Assembly (NCBI GenBank): GCA_963845185.1
Contig: CAWJRG010000005.1
Location: 544,001-608,000, forward strand
DNA from: an uncultured bacterium
GTDB lineage: Bacteria; Oederibacteriota; PGYV01; CAWJRG01
Reading direction: 5' to 3'
DNA: 64,000 nt
Shown here piece by piece: positions 49,892 through 59,709 of this stretch. The position numbers were made by a program, and so were the translations under genes. Within the stretch, counting starts at the first letter, position 1. Each line of letters opens with the position of its first letter. The notes below the pieces were generated by a model. It was given only the letters and a program-made list of their open reading frames with translations. It was not told where the DNA came from and made no database searches.

Positions 49892-52605
49892 TTAAAACAC
49901 CAGCGTGTTTACCCTTAACAACAAATCAACGCCAAGTTTTTCTTCTTTATTCATCACAAGCCTTGCGCCCATGTCTACAGGCACGACAAAAGCAACATGG
50001 GTTTCCAGATGCAGCTCAACTCCGCAGGAAGCCTGCGTCTCGGCGTCCGTGGAGTCAAAATCGCCGAAAACCAGACCGCAAAGGTCCTCGATATAAAAAT
50101 TCACGGGGTTCCATAATCCGCTCCTTATCTTTAAAAGCGGCCTTGAATACTGCAGTGTAATCTCGCTTCCCTTTTTCCTGCCGGCGGATTTTTATAGCCC
50201 GGTATTTGGGGTAGTATGCTGTCCTGGGTTCCGGGCCCCACAGGCACGCCCTTATAACCCGGAATTTCCTGAAGGCTGCTGTACGGGAGGTCCGGGTTGT
50301 ACGCCGCAGCCGCGTAACCGGCAATGGCGCTGTCCCCTGCATACTGGTTAAGCCACGAGCTGAAATAAACCGCGTTCCTCTGCACGTAAGAGCCTGTGTA
50401 TTTGTTTTCAAAAGGGCTGCCTATCATAAAATCAAGCATAGTAAAAGGGTAATTAAAACCGAACTGCAGGTACGGCTGGGCTTCCTTCCTGCCGAAATTT
50501 TCAATCATATTGTAGTTAAGGCCGGCATATATATACGATATTCCCGGCAGGAGCCTGAGCAGCAGCGGGTATTCCGCCCCTGCGCTTAAAAACCTGTTCG
50601 TTATGTCGTTGAAATTGAGCTGGGTCACGAGAGGCGCGAAGAAAAAATTCTGGAACAGCACGTTGAACAGGGGTTTCAGGTGGTCAAAATCGTAAAGGCA
50701 CTGCGCGTCATAATTGAAATCCCCTATGGCGTCCCCCGACAAAAAATCCATGCCCGCAATTATGTTTCTTACAAGCATCCCGGTGACCGTCCCGGAATAT
50801 ATCATGGGCGCCCTGACCTGAGGAAAAAGCGTGGTAAGGTTGTCCAGGTATCCGCCCTTTGAAATTTCATGCTCGTCAAGTTCAAAAACAGGCATTATGG
50901 TCGCAGGCAGTTTTTCCATATTATAAGGCTTGAGCTCTATATTTTCGGTGTAAATATCATTGCCGCCGGAACCTATCCCGGCATAATACAGCGCGTTGTT
51001 TTCCCCGTCAAAAGCGGGGTTGACTGCGTAACCGTGCTCGGTCACCCTGTAAATTTTTTTGTTTGTAAAATTATAGCAGTAAACCGACCATTTGCTGCCG
51101 TAATTTGCCGAGAAAAACATTTTATCCCCGCAAAGCAGCGGGTCTTTCGCAATAAAAGGATTCTTGACAAGTTTGGTCATTGTTCCGCTGTCCAGATCCA
51201 GCAGATACAAGCCCGGGTTTTCCCAGTCGGTTTTTGCCGACAGGACAATCCTTCTGCCGTCGCAGTCCATGTTATCTACGGTATAATCCCTGGAAAAAAG
51301 GAGCGTCTTTTTCTTTTTATCCGTGTTATAAACAAAAATTTCCGAGCTTGCCTTGTCCTTCACGTCCCTTGTATAAAGTATATTGCCGTTTTCAAGCACG
51401 CAAAAAGACCTGATGCTGTCCCCGAATATCTCCCTCTCCTCCATGGTTTCCATGTCTATCTCGCACAGCACGGTATACACCGCGTATGTCAGGTACGAGG
51501 TGTTTGCGTACCCGCTGCCTTTCAGCTCAAGCTGCGTGAAATACAGTTTCCCGTTTTTTATTTTCATCCCGCTGTTTAAGTCAGATGTTGTCGAATATAT
51601 TGTCCTTTCTTTGCCTGTCGCGGCGTCGCGCTCGATTATTTCATTAAACGCGTAAGACGCAAAAGCTCCTGTCTTCACCGGGTAATAGCGCTCGTAATAC
51701 AGTTTCCCGTTGCTGAAAATAAGCCCGAAAATGTTCCATCCGTACCGGGTGAGCCGCGTGCCTTCGCAGAAGAAATCCTTGTACCTGTCCGCCTCGAAAT
51801 CCTGCCAGTCTTTCCACAGGTCAAGGGTCGGCTTGCCGTAAATCTCGTAAAAAGTCCTGTCCATTCCCAGGAACGGGCATACTACAGACAAATACGACAT
51901 GAGAGACGACCCGTAAGATTTAAAAAACTGCGCGAATTTATCCTCGCCGTACTGGATGGAAAGGTATTTAAGGAACCCGCTGCCGTAAAGGTACCACCCG
52001 TCGCCTCCCGGGAATTCAAGCGGGCCGTAAGTTGCTTTTAATATGGAACCCTGGTTCTTGTCCTGCGCTTCTGCGGCCAGGTACGCGTCAAAAACACCGT
52101 CGTTTAACCTGCCCTGGTATTTTGAGATATATGATTCGTCATAAACCGCTATGCCTTCAGTCATCCAGCCCGGTGCGAAAATGTTCGGGCCAAGCTCCCT
52201 TCCGAACAGCGTTGTCAATACGCCTGGCGCGCCGCTTGTCTCGGTCAGATGCAGCATATGCGTATATTCGTGGATGCCGGCAAGCTGCCACCAGTTTTCT
52301 ATGTCAGGCTCGGCATAATTTAACAGGTGTATGTTGTAGTAAACCGGGTCTGTTGCGCCGTTTGAAACCTGGCCTACGTCCTCCAGAACAAACGGCACAT
52401 CATAAATTTTGTTGCCTGTTACTTTTTCAGGTATGTCCTTGAACTGCTCCATTATATTCAATATCTGGTATGCGGAATTCTCATAGCCCTCTTTGTAAAA
52501 TATGATAAAGTCCTTGGTTTTTATGCTTTCCCAGTCAGGCCACGCGAAAAGGAGTGATGAAAGCATTATTGCGGCTAAAATGATAAATATGCGTTTCATT
52601 TGCAT
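49892..52605 (-). CDS. Secreted/outer-membrane protein (HEYTH metallopeptidase-like + propeller + beta-rich C-terminus), frameshifted near 50172
   Basis: Signal MKRIFIIL, HEYTH...W.TEG; the C-terminus continues in the 49892-50104 frame (EITLQYSRPLL...LVF). Confidence 0.7.
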
Positions 52606-52609
52606 ATAA

Positions 52610-52750
52610 CAGGTTGCTGAAAAACCAGTGATTTTTTCATTGCGAGCGACCATCGGGAGCGTGGCAATCTCGTTTTTTACTTTAAAAGCTGGATTGCTTC
52701 GTCGCTTCGCTCCTCGCAATGACACCATAAAATTGTTTTCCGACACGCTG
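52610..52750. repeat. Composite REP element (GTCATTGCGAG doublet inside CAGGTTGCTGAAAA/TTTTCCGACACGCTG ends)
   Basis: Two inverted TCATTGCGAG...GCAATC units wrapped by imperfect IRs. Confidence 0.75.
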
Positions 52751-52769
52751 TTAGTCTCCTTATAATTTT

Positions 52770-54300
52770 TTAAAACGGAAAAGCTTTCCCGCCTGCAGCC
52801 GCGGGTTTAAGTTTTTTTATTTCAGGTTTGTCAGCTTTCATGTGCACTGCGTTGCCTTCGACGTAAATGGCTTTAAACGGCTGGGCCGGGCAGACATTTT
52901 CGCATGCTCCGCAGCCCACGCAGATTTTTTCATCTATTTCCGGTATCTTCAGCCTGTTCTTATACGGCACAAGCATGACTGCTTTTGTCGGGCAGTACTC
53001 GTTGCACACTGCGCATTCCAGTCCCTTGCTGGCCACAATGCAGTTTGACTCGATAAAATGGGAAATTCCGATCTGTATTAATTTTTTTTCTCCGGTTTTG
53101 ACCGGCTTTATGGCGCCTGTCGGGCATACCTGCGAGCAGGTGTTGCATTCATACAGGCAGTATGACTTTGAATAATCCAGCCTTGGCTGCAGGATGCCGG
53201 TTACGCCGTATTCAAGCCATGTGGGCATTATTACCTTTGTCGGGCAGTTTGCCGCGCATAAATGGCAGGCTTCGCAGTACTTGTTGAAATGCTTGAGTGA
53301 TACTGAACCCGGCGGTGTGACAAGCGGGTTTTTCTTTTTTATCTCGAGAAAATCCGCGAAAAGCTTTTTCGGCATGGCTGCCGCTATTACAACCGCAGAC
53401 CCGATGGCTGTTTTTATAAAATCCCTCCTGCCCCTGCTGTCGATTGTCTCTTTTTCAGCTGAGTAAACAATACTTGCCTGGCTGCAGGAACCCAGGCAGT
53501 CAAAGCATGCTATGCACCTGTCAAAATCTATTTTTCTATTTTTGCTGTCAATACAGTTTGCCTTGCATGCCGCCTCGCACAGCCCGCATTTGGTGCATTC
53601 ATCCTTAAGCCTGATTTTGAAAAAAGAAACCCGCGCGATTATACTTAAAATTGCTCCCGACGGGCACAAAGTGTTGCAGAAAAACCTTGAAAAGAAAAAA
53701 GATAATAAAAAAATCACAACTAGCAGCAATACGCTAATGTAAAATACCGCAGGGTTCATCGGGTGCATTTCCAGTTTTGCTAGGAAGAATATCCCGTTTT
53801 TTTCAAGCAGCTGCCCTGCTGAATTGTGGAAAAAAGCATAGCCAGGCTTGAATACGTCAGCGGCTATCCTGCCGAAATTCCCAAAAGGCTCGAACAGACT
53901 GAAAATCACCAGCCCCCCTGTAATTATAAATGAAACGATAAGCGCCGCGACAGGCAAAGGATACCTGAGCCAGTTCAATGGCCTGTAATATTTAAACCTG
54001 CGCTTTTTTTGTGTTTTTCCCCGCAAAAAAATAAAAATGTCCTGCAGAGTCCCGAACGGGCATAATGACGAGCAGTAAACCCTGCCGAAAACAAGTGTCA
54101 GGGCAAAAATTATAATCACAGCCGCAAGAGAAACAGCCGCGCCTGTCGCAAAGACATTAACAATGACGGGAAGTATCTGTGTGTACCTGAGCAGGCATGC
54201 CAGCCTTAAGCTGTCTTTTTCCCCGAAAAAAAACGCAGTTAAAAATACGGCAAAAACCAAAAGCGATATTATTATCCTTGCAGAGCCTGAGCCGTGCCAT
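52770..54300 (-). CDS. Membrane polyferredoxin (NapH/YccM-like TM region + internal Tat motif + NapG/MauM-like domain); 1-bp frameshift near 54283
   Basis: GRVYCSSLCP, RFFCNTLCP, many CxxCxxCxxxCP, GRRDFIK; ATG 54300 is one base out of frame. Confidence 0.82.
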
Positions 54301-54303
54301 TAT

Positions 54304-55230
54304 TTATAGCACTATCCTTTTTATTGCCACTTTGTTCAGGTCAATCTGTCCAAGGCCTTTCTTTGCTGCAATTTTTATGTGGTCCACTTCAGACGGTTCA
54401 ATTCCGAATAATTTTGCAGCTGCGGCGTCTGCCGCCACTATGTCGTTTGAAATTATCTGCGATTTCATAAGTACAGTGTCTTCAGTGTTGACTCCCCTGG
54501 GTCCGTTTGTCTTCATTACCTTATACGCGTCAACTATGTTTAAGTCAGGTTTCCTGTATGCGGCAAAGTCTGCTATGCACTGGTGCAGCCCGTTTGCGTG
54601 CCAGAATCCCCTGTCCCAGACAATGCCCATGAGGTTTTTCATTGATATGGTAAGGTCTGCAGAGCCGTGGTTTTTTAAAACCGGCACATTGATAAATACG
54701 TCAGATTTAAGTATAAGCTCGTGGACCTCGGCTGTTTTCAGTATATCCCCGTAGGGCACGCTCACGTTCTGGTAATACGAGCGGCTGTTTGCCTGCGCTA
54801 CGCTGGCGCCAGCTTTTTTAGCCGCGGACTCAATGCCGCTTATTGAATAGCATTTTTCCCAGCTGTCGCAGGTATGGTCAAAAATATAGACTTTTTTTGC
54901 GCCCGCGTCCAGGCAGTGTTTTATTATCGAATAAACAAGCTTCGGGTTTGTGTCAGCAGCGATTTCCGGAGGCTTGTTCCATCCGATATTCGGCTTAACA
55001 ACAACGGTCTGGCCCTTTTTGACGAATTTATTCATGCCGCCGAGCGCCTTGATTCCGGCGTCAAACATCTTGTCCGGCTCCCCGCCTTTTATTGCAGCAA
55101 GCTCGGGCATAGCCGTATCAGCAAGCAAATCCTCGACATCCATAATCTTTTTATACGGCGACAATAAAAACGCCGTACCTGCCGCGATCCCGTACTTCAC
55201 TGTTTCCTTCAAAAATTTTCTCCTGTTCAT
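54304..55230 (-). CDS. DUF362 protein with Tat signal
   Basis: MNRRKFLK, VVVKPNIGW, NVPVLKNH, MKNLMG; start ATG 55230 behind GGAGG. Confidence 0.9.
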   Translation of the reverse strand: MNRRKFLKETVKYGIAAGTAFLLSPYKKIMDVEDLLADTAMPELAAIKGGEPDKMFDAGIKALGGMNKFVKKGQTVVVKPNIGWNKPPEIAADTNPKLVYSIIKHCLDAGAKKVYIFDHTCDSWEKCYSISGIESAAKKAGASVAQANSRSYYQNVSVPYGDILKTAEVHELILKSDVFINVPVLKNHGSADLTISMKNLMGIVWDRGFWHANGLHQCIADFAAYRKPDLNIVDAYKVMKTNGPRGVNTEDTVLMKSQIISNDIVAADAAAAKLFGIEPSEVDHIKIAAKKGLGQIDLNKVAIKRIVL

Positions 55231-55235
55231 GGCGA

Positions 55236-55335
55236 CCTCCAAATCGATGGTTTTGAGACAAACCCACAGGGTGCAGTCGAAAATCACATCGACTTGCACC
55301 CGACCAAGTCCGAGTTTTATCCGGACAAGCGGTAT
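55236..55335 (-). ncRNA. Repeated structured 5'-leader element (divergent copy) upstream of the DUF362 gene
   Basis: Sense ATACCGCTTGTCCG...CGGACTTGGTCGGGTGCAA, GTCGATG/CATCGAT, then TTGGAGG. Confidence 0.7.
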
Positions 55336-55349
55336 TGTTTAATTGATAA

Positions 55350-56054
55350 TTACTTAATCACCCTTCCTATTATAATCGACACTTCGAACAGCAAATACAG
55401 CGATATGCTCATTAAAATCATTGATACAATATCAGGCGGCGTGAATATGCCGGCCAGAATTACTATTAAAACTATTACATATTTTCTTAATTTAACCAGG
55501 GTTTTTATTTTCACAATACCTATTTTTATCAGGAACAGTAGGAACAAAGGCACCTGAAAAATGGCCCCGCTTATAAAAAACATGCTCAATATCAGGTTAA
55601 AGTATTCGCCTATGCCCCACAGCGGCCGCACGTTGTCTCCCGCTGCAAAATTGATAAAAAACCTGAATGCCGCGGGTATCAGGGCAAAGTACGCGAAAAC
55701 AACCCCTATGGCGAACATCAGGGGAATTAAAAAAATAAAAAGGAAAAAATATTTTTTTTCGTTTTTTTTGAGTGCCGGGTAGACAAAATGCCCCAGTTGG
55801 AAAAGAGCAAAAGGCACCGTGATAAAAAGTGCTGCAAAAAAGGCTATCTTCATGTAAGTTACGAACTTTTCATAAGGCGTAAAATAATTCAGCTGGACTT
55901 TGACGTTGCTTAACGGGATCTCAAGGAAATTGATTATCGGCGTTATAAAAACAAAACATATTATTGTCAGGACAACCACGCTTATTATTATGCTGACAAT
56001 CTTGCCCCTGAGCTCTTCAATGTGGGATATATACCCTGCCCTGAACAAAGCCAT
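55350..56054 (-). CDS. tatC: Twin-arginine translocase TatC
   Basis: HIEELR, PALKKNEK, FQVP, TPPD, LFEVS. Confidence 0.93.
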   Translation of the reverse strand: MALFRAGYISHIEELRGKIVSIIISVVVLTIICFVFITPIINFLEIPLSNVKVQLNYFTPYEKFVTYMKIAFFAALFITVPFALFQLGHFVYPALKKNEKKYFFLFIFLIPLMFAIGVVFAYFALIPAAFRFFINFAAGDNVRPLWGIGEYFNLILSMFFISGAIFQVPLFLLFLIKIGIVKIKTLVKLRKYVIVLIVILAGIFTPPDIVSMILMSISLYLLFEVSIIIGRVIK

Positions 56055-56066
56055 CTTGACACCGGC

Positions 56067-56270
56067 TTACTTTTTTCTTTTTTTGCCCCTGCTTTTTTTA
56101 TTTTTCTTTGCCGACTCATCCTCGGGTTCTTCCGTGCCTTCCTTAATACCTTTTTTAAATTCTTTCATTGCCTGGCCCAGGGAGCGCCCGATCTGGGGCA
56201 GTTTTTCCGCCCCGAATAAAAGCAGAATAATGACGACAATTATGAGTATATGTCCAAAGCTTAAGCCCAT
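56067..56270 (-). CDS. tatA: Twin-arginine translocase TatA
   Basis: LLFGAEKLPQIGRSLGQAMKEFKK. Confidence 0.93.
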   Translation of the reverse strand: MGLSFGHILIIVVIILLLFGAEKLPQIGRSLGQAMKEFKKGIKEGTEEPEDESAKKNKKSRGKKRKK

Positions 56271-56516
56271 TGTTTTCTCCTTTCATGTATTGGTAGAATC
56301 CCGCCGGTTTTTAGCCGGCAGTTACTTTATTAATGATACTATATACATGCCTGAATATTCAAGTTTAATATTTCATTTGATGCTATGGAACTTAAAGATT
56401 ATACCCCTCCACCCGGTTAATGGAATTGACACAAGACATAATTAATGATAAAAATATTGCACTGTGAAAAAATCAAAAAAGACAATATACAGGCCGGGGC
56501 GCGTCCCCAAAAACAC

Positions 56517-58310
56517 ATGTTACAGATAAACAACCTTTCGCTTTCATACGGGCCGCAGGACCTGTTTTCCGGAATCAGCTTTAATATACACGCAGGCGAG
56601 CGTATAGGCCTTGTCGGCCGCAACGGCTCAGGCAAAACCACGCTTTTCAGGCTATTGACCGGCGAACAGCACCCTGACAGCGGCCGCATAATCATACCCA
56701 AGAATTACACCATAGGCCATTTAAGGCAGCAACTTGTCTTTACCGAGCCAGACATCCTGCGCGAGGCGTGCCTGGGCTTAAAGGAAGACGAACGCACCCA
56801 GACCTGGAAAGCCGAAAAAATGCTTTTCGGCCTCGGGTTTACCAATGAAGACATGGCAAAGCCCCCTGCTGAATTTTCCGGAGGTTTCCAGGTGCGCCTG
56901 AACCTTGCCAAAGTGCTTTTGTCCGAGCCGCACCTGCTCCTGCTTGACGAGCCGACAAACTACCTGGATATTGTCTCTATCCGCTGGCTCACGCGCTTTT
57001 TGCAGAAACGTGAAAACGAGCTCATGATAATAACGCATGACCGTGAATTTATGGATTCTGTTACCACGCACACAATGGCAATACACAGGCAGAAAATAAA
57101 AAAGATTGAGGGGCCTACAACAAAGCTTTTCGCGCAGATAGAGCTCGAAGAAGAAGTATATGAAAAAATCCGCGTAAAAGATGAGAAAAAAAGGAAAGAA
57201 GCAATAGAATTCATAAATAGGTTCCGCGCACAGGCAAACCGCGCCAGCCTTGTGCAGTCTCGTATCAAAGCGCTGGACAGGATGGAAAAACGGGAAGAGC
57301 TTTCAAAGATAGCCGAGCTTGGTTTCAAGTTTAATTACAAGCCTTTTGAGGCAAAAACAAACATGCGCGTGCGCAATTTGTCTTTCGGCTATACGCCCGA
57401 GCGCACCCTGATAAAAGGCCTTTCATTCGACATAAATAAGAATGACCGTATCTGCGTTGTCGGAAAAAACGGCAAAGGCAAGTCAACCCTGCTGAGGCTG
57501 CTCGCTGGCGAACTTACTCCAAACACAGGCACGGTTTCAAATCATCCTGAATGTAGACTGGGATTTTTCGGCCAGACCAATATAGAACGCCTTAACTCAA
57601 GCCTTACAATAGAAAAAGAACTTCAGCAGCTCAGGCCAGATTTGCCGTACGGCGATATACGCAAGACCTGCGGCGCAATGATGTTCCCCGGCGACATGGC
57701 GCTAAAAGAAATCTCTATCCTATCAGGCGGCGAAAAAAGCAGGGTGTCGCTTGGAAAAATACTCCTGAACCCTGCCAACCTGCTCCTGCTTGACGAGCCG
57801 ACCAACCACCTGGACATGGAATCCTGCGATTCAATGATAGTGGCTCTGGATAATTTCCCCGGGGCAGTGGTCATAGTCACGCACAGCGAAATGTTCCTGC
57901 GCCACCTTGCGAACCGGCTAATTGTGTTCAGCGATGATAATGTTTTTGTTTTCGAAGGCACTTACCAGGATTTCCTTGACAGGGTCGGGTGGGACGAGGA
58001 AACAAAAAAACAGAAAAAGGAAAAGCGCGCGCCTGCCGAAACCAGGACAGATGAAAAGCAGTCTGCTGAAAGCTTAACCAAGCTGCACAAAAAAATCCAA
58101 ACCAAAATAGCTGCTATAGAAAAAACGATTGATGAAAATGAAACATCACTCGAGGCAGTTGACGCTGAACTGGCAAACGCATACGGCAAAGCCTCTGGCC
58201 AGCAGATTCAAATCCTGCAGATAAAAAGCCATAAGTTTAGGCAGGAAATTGAAAAGGGCTATAACGAAATCGAGGAACTAATTAAGGAGATGGATAAGAC
58301 AAATAGTTAA
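56517..58310 (+). CDS. ABC-F family ATPase
   Basis: Two NBDs (GRNGSGKT/FSGG/LDEPTN twice), no TMs, coiled-coil tail. Confidence 0.92.
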   Translation: MLQINNLSLSYGPQDLFSGISFNIHAGERIGLVGRNGSGKTTLFRLLTGEQHPDSGRIIIPKNYTIGHLRQQLVFTEPDILREACLGLKEDERTQTWKAEKMLFGLGFTNEDMAKPPAEFSGGFQVRLNLAKVLLSEPHLLLLDEPTNYLDIVSIRWLTRFLQKRENELMIITHDREFMDSVTTHTMAIHRQKIKKIEGPTTKLFAQIELEEEVYEKIRVKDEKKRKEAIEFINRFRAQANRASLVQSRIKALDRMEKREELSKIAELGFKFNYKPFEAKTNMRVRNLSFGYTPERTLIKGLSFDINKNDRICVVGKNGKGKSTLLRLLAGELTPNTGTVSNHPECRLGFFGQTNIERLNSSLTIEKELQQLRPDLPYGDIRKTCGAMMFPGDMALKEISILSGGEKSRVSLGKILLNPANLLLLDEPTNHLDMESCDSMIVALDNFPGAVVIVTHSEMFLRHLANRLIVFSDDNVFVFEGTYQDFLDRVGWDEETKKQKKEKRAPAETRTDEKQSAESLTKLHKKIQTKIAAIEKTIDENETSLEAVDAELANAYGKASGQQIQILQIKSHKFRQEIEKGYNEIEELIKEMDKTNS

Positions 58311-58318
58311 AAATATTA

Positions 58319-59572
58319 TTATTGCGTAAATTTTACTATCCTTTTATTTCCGTGATCCGCTACATACACCCAACCAGTACTATCTACTGCTATACCACTT
58401 GGCCACCAAAACTGCATATATCCGCTTCCGGTATTCGGTGCAGAATCGCCCCATTGTGCAATATAATTGCCAGATGAATCAAATTCCTGTATTCTATTAT
58501 TATTTGAATCCGCAACAAATACATTACTTGTGCTGTTTACCGTAATCCCATAAGGACTGCCGAACTGCCCGTTTCCGCTTCCCGGACTTCCCCATTGCAA
58601 TATATAATTACCTGATAAGTCAAATTTTTGTATTCTGCCATTTCCAGAATCCGCAACATATAATACTATATTTATATTATCCACTGTTATCGCAAATGGT
58701 TCATTAAACTGACCACTTCCATTTCCACTGCTTCCCCATTGGGCTAAATAATTACCGTTCGAATCAAATTTTTGCACTCTACTATTTAAGGTATCTGTAA
58801 CATATACATTTCCTGCATTGTCTGTTGCTATGCCGACTGGTATGTTGAATTGCCCGTTTCCAGTTCCTTTGATTCCCCATTGAGTTATATAATTACCATT
58901 TGAATCAAATTTTTGTATCCTGTTATTATTCGTATCTGAAACATATATGTTTGCACCGGTATTACCAACTGTTATTCCATAATCGCCGCCAAATTGCCCA
59001 TTTCCAGTCCCTATACTTCCCCATTGGGTTATTGCATTCCCATTTAAATCATATTCTTGCACTATAAAAGTTTGTGTAACATATACCCCATTATTATTGT
59101 TATCTATTGCAATCGCGACTGGTGTGTTATAAGGAGTAGTACAATTCCATACAAAATAATTCGGTGTAGGACTTATTGTTACTGTCGAAGTTTGTGTAGC
59201 AGTGAGGCAATCGCACGTATTAGTTATTGTGACTGTAGGTGTATTCTGTTGCGTAGCCGAGCCCGTACAACAACTCACTACTACTATTGGCGTATTTGAT
59301 GAAGTAGCAGTTATTGTATATGACGGTGTATTTGCAGGCGTATTTTGGGTTGTGGGCATTTCTGTTGTCGTTCCTGTTGCCGAAGGCACAGGTGACTTCG
59401 TGACAATCTGAGTGCATGTCTGTGTTGATGTATTTGTGTTTGTTGCATTCCCTACCGTGTTTGTTACAGCCGGTAGTGCCATAATTGTAACCGGATTGTG
59501 CTTTTTACTGCATCCATTGATAATTATTATCCCGATTAAAATAGCAACTATTGAAAACCATATTCTTTTCAT
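58319..59572 (-). CDS. NHL-repeat lipoprotein with Thr-rich linker
   Basis: Lipobox INGC; GQF..P.GI....VYV.D..N.RIQKF repeats; AT-rich. Confidence 0.88.
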   Translation of the reverse strand: MKRIWFSIVAILIGIIIINGCSKKHNPVTIMALPAVTNTVGNATNTNTSTQTCTQIVTKSPVPSATGTTTEMPTTQNTPANTPSYTITATSSNTPIVVVSCCTGSATQQNTPTVTITNTCDCLTATQTSTVTISPTPNYFVWNCTTPYNTPVAIAIDNNNNGVYVTQTFIVQEYDLNGNAITQWGSIGTGNGQFGGDYGITVGNTGANIYVSDTNNNRIQKFDSNGNYITQWGIKGTGNGQFNIPVGIATDNAGNVYVTDTLNSRVQKFDSNGNYLAQWGSSGNGSGQFNEPFAITVDNINIVLYVADSGNGRIQKFDLSGNYILQWGSPGSGNGQFGSPYGITVNSTSNVFVADSNNNRIQEFDSSGNYIAQWGDSAPNTGSGYMQFWWPSGIAVDSTGWVYVADHGNKRIVKFTQ

Positions 59573-59709
59573 TTTAGAACCTCCTTTTGTTGCCTTCCTA
59601 TTTAGACAATTTTTACCAAAAAATGTTCCAATTATTTAATGAAGGAGGTCAGGGGTTGATAATGGGGATGATAGAACTAATATTTGATTAAACTATCAAT
59701 TACAACTTC

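Noticed and set aside
50869..51579. Long antisense ORFs (also 2795-3475, 4463-5098, 31769-32407, 24841-25434)
   Set aside because: Shadows of well-supported genes on the opposite strand, with no motifs
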